Both the position numbers and the translations under genes were made by a program. From contig OX597817.1 of NCBI GenBank assembly GCA_951406725.2, positions 8,308,001-8,372,000 on the forward strand: a stretch of DNA of 64,000 bases, given 5' to 3'. Below the pieces are notes generated by a model. It saw nothing but the letters and a program-made list of their open reading frames with translations, was not told the DNA's origin and did not search any database. Positions 1 through 12,879 of this stretch are shown here, piece after piece; within the stretch, counting starts at the first letter, position 1; each line of letters opens with the position of its first letter. Origin of the DNA: Octopus vulgaris. Its lineage: Eukaryota.

Positions 1-172
1 ATTCAGCGTGACACGGGGTGAGACAAAGTTCGCACCTTCGAAATACAGGTACAACTCATTTCTACCTGCTCTGTGGACTGAAGCAATGTGAAATAAAGTA
101 TCTTGTCCAAAGACACAACACACCGCCGGGAATCGAACTCACGACATCACGATCGTCAACCGAATACACTAA
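1..172 (-). mobile_element. tRNA-derived CORE-type SINE fragment (OR2-like, tentative), running off the window edge
   Basis: Minus strand reads a B-box (gagttcgattcccgg), then CORE-like gtgtctttggacaagatactttatttcacattgcttcagtccac, then tgtacctgtatttcgaagg...gtgtcacgctgaat, a tail shared with the SINEs at 27643 and 34016. Confidence 0.6.
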
Positions 173-290
173 GTCACATTCCTTCACTCAGACAAACAGA
201 CAGACATTTCCCTTGTTTCCAAAGAATTGCTGGAAATATTTCCGTAACAAGGAATTCACTAGGTGACACGTATTTCCCATTGACTCCCAT

Positions 291-1250
291 TGTATGTATG
301 TATGTATGTATGTATGTATGTATGTATGTATGTATGTATGTATGTATGTATGTATGTATGTATGTATGTATGTATGTATGTATGTATGTATGTATGTATG
401 TATGTATGTATGTATGTATGTATGTATGTATGTATGTATGTATGTATGTATGTATGTATGTATGTATGTATGTGTGTATGTATGTATGTATGTATGTATG
501 TATGTATGTATGTATGTATGTATGTATGTATGTATGTATGTGTGTATGTATGTGTGTATGTATGTATGTATGTGTGTATGTATGTGTGTATGTATGTATG
601 TATGTATGTATGTATGTATGTATGTATGTATGTATGTATGTATGTATGTATGTATGTATGTATGTATGTGTGTATGTATGTGTGTATGTATGTGTGTATG
701 TGTGTATGTATGTGTGTATGTATGTGTGTATGTATGTATGTATGTATGTATGTATGTATGTATGTATGTATGTGTATGTATGTATGTATGTATGTATGTA
801 TGTATGTATGTATGTATGTATGTATGTGTGTATGTATGTATGTATGTATGTATGTATGTATGTATGTATGTATGTATGTATGTATGTATGTATGTGTGTA
901 TGTATGTGTGTATGTATGTATGTATGTGTGTATGTATGTGTGTATGTATGTATGTATGTATGTATGTATGTATGTATGTATGTGTGTATGTATGTATGTA
1001 TGTGTGTATGTATGTGTGTATGTATGTATGTATGTGTATGTATGTATGTATGTATGTATGTATGTATGTATGTATGTATGTATGTATGTATGTATGTGTG
1101 TATGTATGTATGTATGTATGTATGTATGTATGTATGTGTGTATGTATGTGTGTATGTATGTGTATGTATGTGTGTATGTATGTGTGTATGTATGTATGTA
1201 TGTATGTATGTATGTATGTATGTATGTATGTGTGTATGTGTGTATGTATG
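291..1250. repeat. (TATG)n microsatellite with TGTG interruptions, ~960 bp
   Basis: Read directly; source of the MYVC/YIHT pseudo-ORFs. Confidence 0.97.
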
Positions 1251-1545
1251 CTTATTCTTTTCTTTTCTTTTTCTTTTACTTGTTTCAGTCATTTGACTGC
1301 GGCCATGCTGGAGCACCGCCTTTAGTCGAACAAATCGACCCCAGGACTTATTCTTTGTAAACACAGTACTTATTTTATCGGTCTCTTTTGCCGAACCGCT
1401 AAGTTACGGAGGACGTAAATACACCATCATTGGTTGTCAAACAATTGTGGCGAGACAAACACAGACACACAAATACATACATACATACATACGTTCATAC
1501 ATGCATACATACATACATACATACATACATACATACATACATACA

Positions 1546-1581
<36 letters not shown>

Positions 1582-1609
1582 TATATAAATGTATAATATA
1601 TATATATAT

Positions 1610-1643
<34 letters not shown>

Positions 1644-1646
<3 letters not shown>

Positions 1647-2300
1647 CTAATGTAGGATAAGATTTTTTTCGAAAGAAAAAGTTTTATCAATGGCCAGCAT
1701 ATCAAAAAATACCTTTAAAGGTTAAATTTATAAATAACTTATAAAATAAGAGCAAGAGAAAAATTCTAATGCCAAATATGCCGAAAAAAAGACAAAATTG
1801 TCAATAACCATTATAATTTATGCGTCTCGAAACATGTCGATAGAATTTTCTAAAAAATTCCGTTATAACCGTTTTGGTCCCATTTTCGGGGTTAATTCAT
1901 AAGAATTTTCCCCTCGTCAGCGATTTATACGTAAGACATAAATGGAATACTTACTCATACCCATGGAAAAAGCTAGCACTAAGTCCTGAGCAGACCTAAG
2001 TACCCCAGATATATCCAAAATAGAAAATCTTCAGCACATCCCGAGACACGTGCGATTCGATCTAGAAACTTTCATAGAGTGAGAGAATCCGGAAGTGAAC
2101 ACTATTAAATTTATAACTAATGTAGGATCAAATATTTTTCGAAAGAAAAATTTTTTATCAATGGCCAGAATATAAAAAAATACCTTTAAAGGTTAAATTT
2201 TAAAATAACTTATAAAATAAGGGCAAGAGAAAAATTCTAATGCCAAATATGCCGAAAAAAAAACAAAATTAGAATTTTTCTCTTGTCCTTATTTTATAAG

Positions 2301-2303
<3 letters not shown>
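1644..2303. mobile_element. Penelope-like remnant with ~155-bp direct repeats and a short inverted tail
   Basis: 1644-1799 recurs at 2114-2270; 2271-2303 is an inverted copy of part of that repeat; flanked by (TA)n; contains a hammerhead-like motif. Confidence 0.55.
1864..1929 (-). ncRNA. Degenerate type I hammerhead ribozyme
   Basis: Minus strand: tataaatcg-CTGACGA-gggg(aaaattcttatgaattaa)cccc-GAAA-atgggaccaaaa-cggttata. Core and stem II intact; the NUH cleavage triplet is lost. Confidence 0.45.
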
Positions 2304-2346
<43 letters not shown>

Positions 2347-2504
2347 GACAGTCCTCTTTCAGTTTCCGTGCACCAAATCCATTCACAAGGCTTTGGTCGG
2401 CCCGACGCTATAGTAGAAGTTAAGTTTCCACGCAGTGGGACTGAACTCGGAACCATGTGGTTGGGAAGCAAGCTTCTTGCCACACAGCCACTCCTGCGCC
2501 TATG

Positions 2505-2582
<78 letters not shown>

Positions 2583-2607
2583 CGTGTGTGTGTGTGTGTG
2601 TATGATA

Positions 2608-2795
2608 GATCGCTAGCCCCTACACATTCTTTATTCTCTCTCCCTATTTCTTTCTGTGTTATTTTCTGTGGAAGAGCGTAGGCTCGAAACGTTAAAGACT
2701 TTTTCACTTCCCGAGCGTTAAACTAATACATCCGTTTGTTGTCTACACCACCTGCCTTCATCTTTTGTTTTTTTTGTGAATTCTCTCCCCCCCCC
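2608..2795 (+). mobile_element. Penelope-like terminal repeat fragment with a minimal hammerhead-like motif (2662-2697)
   Basis: tttt-CTGTGGAA-gagc gtag gctc-GAAA-cg-TT-aaag; a second copy of the family is at 37285-37440; lies beside microsatellites. Confidence 0.5.
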
Positions 2796-3770
2796 TATAT
2801 ATATATATATATATATCTTTGTCTATCTACTTATCCGCTTAGTGATTTTGGATAATAAAAAACTATACAGATGAATCCTTCGAATTTAACTAAATTCTAT
2901 ATTTTTTATGCAGCTGGAGATTGCTCTACATTTTAAATTGATATAATGTTCGCATTGTTCAATTAACTGGAGTCGCATGAACTGATCGTACTGTATTACC
3001 TCTGGATATCCTTGTTGCTTATTTTGATATATATATACACACATATATATATAACAGCTGCATCCTCGTTACACGAGGAAAGCCATTGCCAAGAAGTCTT
3101 ACTGAAATGATTCATGATTGTTGCCATGTGATGCCCTTATATGACTTTTAAGCCCGGCCAAAAAAAAAAAAAAAGGAAAAAAAAAAAGAATTTTAGATGT
3201 TTGGCTATTACCGAAATTTGCCATTGAAACGTGGGCCCCCACTATAGGGGACTTTTTCTACGCATTCATTAATGCGTGTAAAAGAAAACAGTTAGTTTGT
3301 CACACATTTTGGAGTGTTTGCTCGTGCAACAATATCTCTCTTAGTAACAATTTCATAATATTTTAAAGTACAATGATTAAAAATAAATAAGTACTCTTGT
3401 TACCTCATCATCAGATACCAAACTAGTGGCTATAAAAAGAATGCAAATAGAAAAACGGAAAAAATATCGTTACAGAACCATTTGATTATACGTCATCTCT
3501 CTAAAAAGCCATATTATATTGGGCATAAAGCTTCTCCACTAACACTTACTCGCAGTAAACTCATGGAAATATTAAGACAAATTGTGCTTCGATGGGTGAT
3601 ATGACAGTGTCACACGTCACTTTCTCAAGACTCTATCTAGGAGCCAAATTTTAATTCGGTTACAATGAGAAAATCGAAGAAATCAGTTCAACGGTTTTTG
3701 CATTTCGTGGTTGATTTGAAAGCATCATGACACTATCAAATATGCGTGGCATTCAGATAACAGTGGAATC

Positions 3771-3873
3771 AACAGCAGAGTTCAAGGTCAATCTGTGCCA
3801 AGTGGCTTTACTTTGCGTGCTTTAGCTTCGTTACTATAGCAACTGTCCGGATACTTATTGGTCAGACCACGTA
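3771..3873 (-). mobile_element. Mariner-like transposon 5' end fragment
   Basis: Reverse complement TAcgtggtctgaccaataagtatccggacagttgc... matches the start of the element at 47956. Confidence 0.7.
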
Positions 3874-3999
3874 TAATCATAACATAGGCCAATACAGCGA
3901 AAGCACTAACACCGAACATGATAATATAAACCACACCCGTATCCCTAGCGATATAACCAGCATAAACCAGAATGCGAGAATCTCTGCTTCCGAGGAAGG

Positions 4000-4485
4000 T
4001 CATCATCATCATTGTTCGACGGTGGTCGAGACAATGGAATTTACCATGCTACGCCAGACTTCACGGTCCATCATGGCATTACGGAGGTCCTGTTGCTGGA
4101 TGCCTGTATCCCTGGAGATTACATCAGGGTAGGAGAGTGTGCACCCTCTGGTATCGCGAGTAGATGGCTTCCAGAGGAGAAGAGTAGAAATTACCTCTTT
4201 TTCAGCTCTACAACAATGTCCAGCAAACTGGACTCTCCTACCTTTCACAAGAGATGACACAGGTGGTAGTTTCCCATATATTTGCATTTTGGTTGGATGA
4301 CGCTTCCACGAGAGATTTTGAGCTCTCATAAGGAGGCGAGTGTAGGTTCCATCCAACCGCCTCTCAAGCTTCTTTGATAACATCCAGGTTTCAGAGCCAT
4401 ATAGTAGAATTGGTTTGACTGTGGCTTTGAAGATTTCAAGTATGAAGTTTCTACTTAGATTTGATGACCAGATCTTATGCATGTC
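4000..4485 (-). mobile_element. 5'-truncated RTE-clade LINE, 3' end
   Basis: ORF 4009-4482 (ILLYGSETW...RVQFAGHCCR...DREVWR) is nearly identical to ORF 36790-37263; (TGA)n tail. Confidence 0.9.
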
Positions 4486-4739
4486 GGAGTACGGCTAAAA
4501 CGAATGTTAACTCTAATAGCGCCACTATAGCTAACTCTAATACGACCAGTACGACCACCACCACTAATACTACTATTACTAATACCACCACTACTGCTAC
4601 TACTAATAATAATGATAGTAATAATAATAGATAATAATAATAGCTGCAATAATAATGATAAGATCCAATTCCGTAATACCACCCTTATCTTTAACTTGTC
4701 TATAAATAGTACATTTTCCCTCTCTACAACTAACCAGCG

Positions 4740-4835
4740 TAGAACGGATAGCTGCAACTGCCGATCCGGGACCGAATGCCCGCTGCGAGCCCACTGCAGA
4801 AAGTTTAATGTAGTATTCAAATGCACTGTACACAA
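4740..4835 (+). mobile_element. Penelope-like element ORF fragment (Cys motif preceding the GIY-YIG endonuclease)
   Basis: Translates SCNCRSGTECPLRAHCRKFNVVFKCTVH, resembling the CNCR..CPL.G.C...VVYKA.V linker motif of Penelope proteins. Confidence 0.55.
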
Positions 4836-5229
4836 CATATTACATAATTCGGATCTTTTTGGCTTGGTTGCCAACATTTCAAAAATTAAAGTTTAACCAA
4901 AATTTTGAAATTTGGCACAGCTGAACTGCTGGAGTTATTTGACTTTCTCCAGAAAAGTGTTTTTTTAAAAGTTATAGAGGTTTAAAGTTTGATAATTTTC
5001 ACCCAGTCAGGAAAGAAGATTTGGAAGCTGTTATTTTGTGAGTGATTGCACATTTTGTCGTCAACATCCTGAAAATAGCACGTGTTGTCAAGAAAGAGTT
5101 TTAAGCATTGCGATAACACGAACTTAAACATTATATATATAGCTGTTATTTTTAGCACATCTCCCTCAACAACCTCAATGAGAAAATGAAACGAATAGAC
5201 AACACATATTTTGTAGTTTTAAGCATTCA

Positions 5230-5660
<431 letters not shown>

Positions 5661-6023
5661 AAGCAAAAATAATAGTTATACTAAAAAATAACAAAACCAT
5701 TTTATTTAATAGTATATGTACTTCTATTCACACTCACACACGCGCGCACACATGCACGAACACACACGCATTGACATACATTCACACGTACATAACTGCA
5801 TACACGATTACATACACATAGATACTTGCGTACACACGCATACACATGCACTACTGAAACAATAGTGTGACTAATTAGTGTAGATGACTCAGTGAATGTC
5901 AATTGTGGTATAAACAAATAGTTGCCTATAACTATAGACAGAAAAAAAAATTTAGAAAACAAAAGCAGAAAAACCTACAATAAACTTCCGGCAGTTTGCC
6001 AACCTTGTAGCATTGACCAAAAT

Positions 6024-6054
<31 letters not shown>

Positions 6055-6379
6055 ACGCACATATACATCACGCGCACATATGTTATGTACACTTCGTAGA
6101 TATGTGTACGGATGCTCTAGACTGTAAGTCACATGTTTACTTCAATTCAGTGATGGGACAAAATTAAACTTCTGTTTACCAGTAGAAATAATGTAAATCA
6201 GGTGAACACATGTGACACTATGTGGAAAACGTGGAATAGTTTTATAGGGAGAAACTAACAATGGTCTGTGTTGGCATGTAACAAATACAGACAGTTCACA
6301 AATTGCAAGTGTATTAGTTTGCTGTGGGAGAAAAGAGAAAGAAAAAGGAACAGACATCTGACGTTTTTATTCATGTAAG

Positions 6380-7615
6380 ATTCTTAACCCAATGAAGGTC
6401 CCCTGCCCAATTCAAGATCACAACATACATGTACACTGCAACATAATTTCTTTTCCTCAACAGGCCCTGCCCTATTTAACATTGTCCCGATGGAGATCAA
6501 AGAGGAAAAGGATCCCATCAACTTTAAACGGAGTCTGGATAGATTCCTTCAAAGAATACCAGATAAGCCACCCATAATTGGATACAACTCACCCAACAAG
6601 AACTCACTACTTGAACAAAACTTGACTTAAACAAAGCTTGACTTAAACATGATTCGAATAATCCTGTCAGGTGGTGCTATTAAGTTAGACATGGCTTGGA
6701 CCAATCTTTGGTCGAAACATATCTAAGTTATCTAAGTTATGCGAAACGTGAGGTTTCTATTCGTTTTTAACTAACTTCTGTCTCTGTGTTTATTTGCTTT
6801 TAACGCTAGGGAGCGACCAAACGAGATCTAGTACCTAGTAAAAAAAGAGCAACCATATCTCCCTCAATTCATGCTCTACCGTTGAAAATAAGATGATGAA
6901 AAAAGGACCAATTGAGAATATAGTCTAATATATAGACTAGGGTTTGTTTCCTCTTTTTAATACGAGGAAGCAACAAAACGAACGACAGTACATGCCAAAA
7001 AGAGCGACTGTATCTTCCTCAATCCATGCTATACCGTTCTAAAAACGAAGGGAAACAAGGAGATACTGAAGGAAAAAAACGGATTTATTGGAGAATATAG
7101 ACTAGCACATAGTCTAGGATTCTTAATTTGATGAAGGGTCTCTATCCGAAACGTAAGATCTCTATTCTTTCTTAATAACTTCTGTTTCTATGTTTGTTGG
7201 CCCCTTTTAACATGCAGAAGCGACAAAATGAGAGCTAGTACATGCTAAGATGGGTGATTAAATCTCTCTCGATTCATATCATACCGTTCTAAAAGACGGA
7301 AGAAAGGACAAGGACACATTAGAGAATAGAGTCGAGCACATAGTCTAGGGTTCTTCATCTTCTGTCTCTGTGATTGTTTGCTCTTTTTAGCATGAAGGAG
7401 CGACAAATCGAGAACTATTACGTGCGAGAAAGATTAACCAAATTTCGCTCAATCCATACTCCACCATTCTAAGTAAAATAAAAGAAAAAGGAAAAAACAT
7501 GCATTAGATGATGTAGTCAATCATGCGTTGCCTTAAAAAAAATCGTGACAGTCATGACTGGAATACTTTTGATCATAGATCTAATTCAGCGCACACTTGA
7601 ATCCAAACAACAACA
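6380..7615 (+). repeat. Diverged tandem array (~4 units of ~175-230 bp) with a hammerhead-like motif, interrupted by a LINE
   Basis: The block cttctgtctctgtgttt...gagcgacaaaacgagatctagtac...atctccctcaatccatgctctaccgttct...gagaatatagtc...atagtctagg recurs near 6775, 6945, 7160 and 7360; HHR-like motif at 7121-7158. Confidence 0.65.
6408..6740 (+). mobile_element. CR1-like LINE, 3' end fragment
   Basis: Frame from 6421 reads ...FFSSTGPALFNIVPMEIKEEKDPINFKRSLDRFLQRIPDKPPIIGYNSPNKNSLLEQNLT*, a typical CR1-group ORF2 C-terminus; short repeat tail (atctaagtt)2. Confidence 0.7.
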
Positions 7616-8001
7616 AGTGCTTCCAGTTATGTGACTTGTGTCTCCAGATAGGAAATCCAGGGTAATTTAGAAAATAAAGCCAGATAATCGAAGTAGGATA
7701 CATATAACATGCATGCAACCCATTGGCAGTTATGTCTAATTAAAAGCAAAGATTTACATTAAAATCTGGTTCGTTATTTGCATCCGTTTATTTCCACCTT
7801 TGACAGGTATTGCTTTTATGCCGAAAAACGCTATCGGTGTATTATGTATATATTGGTGTATATAATTTCTTTTAGATCTCGCACCAATTTCTAAAACATT
7901 GGGTTAAGGGGTGGGAGGAAGCAAAGAATCGATGCTTGAGTTTTAGTAGGATATCGAACTTCGCTATCTTTACTAATTAATAAATTAATTATAGGTGTGA
8001 T

Positions 8002-8002
8002 G

Positions 8003-8078
<76 letters not shown>
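8002..8078. repeat. (AAT)n microsatellite, left flank of the Dong-like element
   Basis: Read directly. Confidence 0.95.
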
Positions 8079-8546
8079 GCAACCATACTCTGGGATATGC
8101 CGATACACACAGATAGAGAAATTAAGGCCAACAGACCAGATATAGTTGTCAGAGATCATGAAGAAAAAAAATGCTTTCTAATTGATGTATCAATACCGGC
8201 TGATGACAACGTGTCTCTAAAAGAAATGGAGAAAACTCAAAATACAAAGACCTGGAAATAGAGGTAACTAGAATGTGGAATCTGAAAACAGAAACAATTC
8301 CTATCATAGTAGGTGCATTAGGCATGATAAAAAAATATTCAGACAAATACATAACAAAAACACCAGGACTTACAAACACATATAACATACAGAAAATTGC
8401 ACCACTAGGCACTGCACACATCCTACGCAGAACACTTTCCATACAATAATCATCAGAGCATCACAACAAATCACAGCACATACCCAAGGCACACAGAGCT
8501 GTACTCGGTAGTGAAGTGAAAGCACGCTATAAAAATAAAACTACTG
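8079..8546 (+). mobile_element. R4/Dong-clade non-LTR retrotransposon 3' end (restriction-like endonuclease domain)
   Basis: Translates TILWDMPIHTDREIKANRPDIVVRDHEEKKCFLIDVSIPADDNVSLKEMEK, frameshift, SKYKDLEIEVTRMWNLKTETIPIIVGALG...GTAHILRRTLSIQ*; RPD..D..K motif; (AAT)n on both sides. Confidence 0.85.
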
Positions 8547-8559
8547 AATAATAATAATG

Positions 8560-8623
<64 letters not shown>
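8547..8623. repeat. (AAT)n microsatellite, right flank of the Dong-like element
   Basis: Read directly. Confidence 0.95.
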
Positions 8624-8625
<2 letters not shown>

Positions 8626-8883
8626 CTAAGAAAGTGCTTGTATAAAAGAACTAGAGAGAGGAAGGAGAGAGTGAGAGAGTGAGTGGGTGGTACAGTCTTA
8701 ATACACTTAATGTGAAATCTGAAACAACCCTCAAATGCAGCAGGAGAAGGTCCAGTCACTTTCGTTGCTCTAATAGTTTAACACACACACGCATACACAC
8801 GCATACACGCACGCGCGCACACATTCACACACACACATATCCATTTATGCATGTATATATATTTATATATTCTCTTTTTTTCT

Positions 8884-9180
8884 CTTTTTACTTGTTTCAG
8901 TCATTTTGACTGCAGCCATGCTGGAGCACCACCTTTAATCGAGCAACTCGACCCCGGGACTTATTCTTTGTACGCCCAGTACTTATTCTATCGGTCTCTT
9001 TTGCCGAACCGCTAAGTGACGGGCACATAAACACACCAGCATCGGTTGTCAAGCAATGCTTGGGGGACAAACACAGACACACAAACATACACACACATAC
9101 ATATATATATATACATATATCCGACAGGCTTCTTTCAGTTTCCGTCTACCAAATCCACTCACAAGGCATTGGTCGGCCCG
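8884..9180 (-). mobile_element. SINE family A lacking its tRNA head
   Basis: Matches the family A tail and middle; fused head-to-head with the next copy. Confidence 0.85.
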
Positions 9181-9181
9181 A

Positions 9182-9339
9182 GTGTGTGGTAAGTAGCTTG
9201 CCTACCAACCACATGGTTCCGGGTTCAGTCCCACTGCGTGGCACCTTGGGCAAGTGTCTTCTACTATAGCCTCGGGCCAACCAAAGGCTTGTGAGTGGAT
9301 TTGGTAGACGGAAACTGAAAGAAGCCCGTCGTATATATG

Positions 9340-9370
<31 letters not shown>

Positions 9371-9583
9371 TTGTGTGTGTCTGTGTTTGTCCCCCTAGCA
9401 TTGCTTGACAAGCGATGCTGGTGTGTTTGTGTCCCCGTAACTTAGCGGTTCAGCAAAAGTGACCGATAGAATAAGTACTGGGCTTACAAAAGAATAAGTC
9501 CCTGGGTCGAGTTGGTCGATTAAAGGCGGTGCTCCAGCATGGCCGCAGTCAAATGACTGAAACAAGTAAAAGAGTAAAAGAGT
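9182..9583 (+). mobile_element. SINE family A, near full length
   Basis: tgtgtggtaagtagcttgcctaccaaccacatggttccgggttcagtccc (A/B-box head) through tail gaaacaagtaaaagagtaaaagag. Confidence 0.9.
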
Positions 9584-10069
9584 AATATATACACATACGC
9601 ATACACATATACACACACATAGTAAAAATAGGCATCTCAGAATACAGTACAAAAGTCTACGAATTACGAATGTTCTATTTTGATGCTGAACATACAAATG
9701 AGTCTTTTGATTAACCAAAACATTTTTCTATGAGGCTTCACTAAGAGAATCTGGAAATAAAAGAGAGAGTGGTCTGTATTACAAGTTCATTGTTTTTATT
9801 TGCAATCAGATTCTTGTTTTGCAGTCGGACGATGACGTCAGCCAGGCGTTTATCAGACGATATGTTCAGGTCGTTTGAGGTGGTTGACTCTTCTTACACT
9901 ATTATATGCTGTCTGGTAGTTTAAATCTAAAAATGCAAAGGGAGTAACTAAATTGTGTGTGTATATTTATAATATATACTTACATATATATATATAATAA
10001 TAATAATAATATATATATATATAATATAATATAATATAATATATATAATATAATATAATATATATATAT

Positions 10070-10134
<65 letters not shown>

Positions 10135-10226
10135 CATATATATATAATAATAATAATAATATATATATATATATAATATAATATAATATAATATAATATA
10201 TATATAATATAATATAATATAATATA

Positions 10227-10305
<79 letters not shown>

Positions 10306-11852
10306 CACACACACACACACACATATATTATATATATATATATATAATTATATATATATATATGTATAGACAGCTATCTATTATATGGGAGTGATTTATA
10401 ATGGGTGTAAGTGTAACTAGCTCAGTTTATTGACCACACCAAAGATATGAATCATGTAAGAATTTCGTAAACATGTATATCAACAAATTCCAGTTTGCAT
10501 TGAGTCTACAAGCACTTGAAACCGGAGCTTGTCCAGATTTTCAAGGTGTTTAAGCTTAGAATACTTGTCAGTACGTCGCTGAGTTAACCCCTTCCAGATC
10601 TCTTTGGTACCCATTTGCAGCTGCAAAGTAAAATACGGCTCCTTGCTCAAGGACACAACATACCACCAGTCAGAGCATCGACCTCACGAATCTAATAACA
10701 ATGACCTCTATACCTTTGCTACTGGACTACCTGCCTTCAAGTTCTTCATGTAACGACATAAGGTTTTAAGATAAAAATTAGACACATATACTTATCTAGT
10801 GTCCAAGTGTAACCCTAGCAAGAATTTCAGAGAAGAGTGGTTGTTTTAATTTAAACTGAAATACTGAAACTATTCATTCTTATTTGTTTTTTAGAATTAT
10901 TACAAACACTTTATACAGGGAAAATATTTGATTAATGCTTTTCAAAGTTTAAGTTAACAAAAATGTGGTAGCGAAATCCTTGACATGGTGAAAGTAGGTG
11001 GTCATGTGCTTATGGTTTTCTGACGAGGTAGTAGGTTCGATTCCTGGATCGGGCAGCACATAATGTCCTTGAGCATTCTGCTCAACCATAAATGAATATA
11101 AACAGAGTACTAATGTAGCTCCCTCTCTTCCTTCAGCTGTCCCTTCCTGGATCTGCTACTGGGTCAAAGGTGAGAGGACAAGAGGATGTCTGTGTTTGCT
11201 CATGACAATATAGGTGCCATTAGCGAAAGCATAGTACATGTTACCAAGTCAAACACACTAGCTATACTTTTATTCTTGATATGGAACCTATCATTTTTGC
11301 TCTATAATCTTCGGTTCCAGGTTGTCTCTAAATCCACTTTCGGTGCTTCTAATAATTATCATCCACTCAATAATATTCAGCGACATAGCTATACATTTCA
11401 GTTGCCGAATCGAGTTATTTTTAATTCTCAGAACATAACGAACTTCTTGGATGAAGTGTAATTGTATTAACAAATATTTCAATGTTTGATTACTCAAAAT
11501 AACTTTTAGAAAAATTCGCCAAATATTGAAAACAAGGAGCATTCCACGAACTTGCAAGAAATAGCAAATAAATCTTCTTCAAATAGCGTCCTAATTCAGC
11601 GTTTCACAAGAGGAGTTCAACAGCCTCCTAGAACTATTCTTATTCTTTTATTTGTTTCAGTCATTTGACTGCGGCCTTGCTGGAGCTGCACCTTTAGTCG
11701 AACGAATCGACCCCAGGATTTATTCTTTGTAAACCTAGTACTTATTCTATCGGATCTCTTTTGCCGAACCGCTAGTTTGTGGGGAAGTAAACACACCAAC
11801 ATCGGTTGTCAAGCGAGGGTGGGAGGACAAACACACACACAAACATATACAT

Positions 11853-11919
<67 letters not shown>

Positions 11920-12005
11920 TATATATACAAATGTATACACACACACACGCACACACACATATATATATACATATATACAAAGGGGTTTGTATGATTGTGT
12001 ATAGA

Positions 12006-12241
12006 AGAATATATTGCTCAAAGGAATTCCAACTCTGTTTTTCACATTTTATTTATAATCTTCTAATACTAATAGGCACAGGAGTGGCTGTGTGGTAAGT
12101 AGCTTGTTTACCAACCACATGGTTCCGAGTTCAGTCCCACTGCGTTGCATCTTGGGCAAGTGTCTTCTACTATATAGCCTCGGGCCGACCAAAGCCTTGT
12201 GAGTGGATTTGGTAGACGAAAACTGAAAGAAGCCCGTCGTA

Positions 12242-12310
<69 letters not shown>

Positions 12311-12587
12311 GTGTATGTATATGTTTGTGTGTCTGTGTTTGTCCCCCCAACATCGCTTGATAACCGATGCTGGTGTGTTTACTTCCCCGAAAGATAGCGG
12401 TTCGGCAAGAGAGACCGATAGAATAAGTACTAGGCTTACAAAGAATAAGTCCTGGGATCGATTTGCTCCACTAAAGGCGGTGCTCCAGCATTGCCACAGT
12501 CACATGACTGAAACAAGTAAAAGAGTAAAGAGTAAGAGTATTATTTTATAAATAAAATGTGAAAAACAGTGTTGGAATTTCTTTGAG

Positions 12588-12592
<5 letters not shown>
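12006..12592. repeat. ~55-bp inverted repeats flanking an inner SINE
   Basis: tatattgctcaaaggaattccaactctgtttttcacattttatttataa (~12008-12058) is the reverse complement of ~12546-12594. Confidence 0.75.
12075..12538 (+). mobile_element. SINE family A, full length
   Basis: Head ggcacaggagtggctgtgtggtaag through tail aagtaaaagagtaaagagtaagag. Confidence 0.9.
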
Positions 12593-12671
<79 letters not shown>

Positions 12672-12755
12672 AAGGGTGGAAAGGAACACACGAGTTGATA
12701 TATATGAAAAAACAAGTCAAAAATAGAAAATGCTAAGATAATTTTATAGTGAATC

Positions 12756-12799
12756 TTTCAGTACCGGTTTCGGTCATTTTGAGACCTTCTCAACTGTAG
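12756..12799 (-). ncRNA. Minimal type I hammerhead ribozyme, U3-A8 variant
   Basis: Minus strand: ctacag-TTGAGAA-ggtc tcaaaat gacc-GAAA-ccgg-TA-ctgaaa. Confidence 0.7.
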
Positions 12800-12879
12800 C
12801 GATTAAATAATTAAATAATTATTTATAATTAAATATAATATAATATAATAATAAATATAATATAATTAAATAATTATTT

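Larger units (their letters stand above)
1272..2500 (-). mobile_element. SINE family A (tRNA-derived) with an insertion in its (TA)n linker
   Basis: 3' half at 1272-1470 (ttttacttgtttcagtcatttgactgcggccatgctggagcaccgcc...) and tRNA-like head at 2344-2500, both matching the full copy at 31707-32142. Confidence 0.85.

Noticed and set aside
103-1364. Long ORFs of 340-397 aa (MYVC/YIHT repeats)
   Set aside because: Translations of a (TATG)n microsatellite that has no stop codons.
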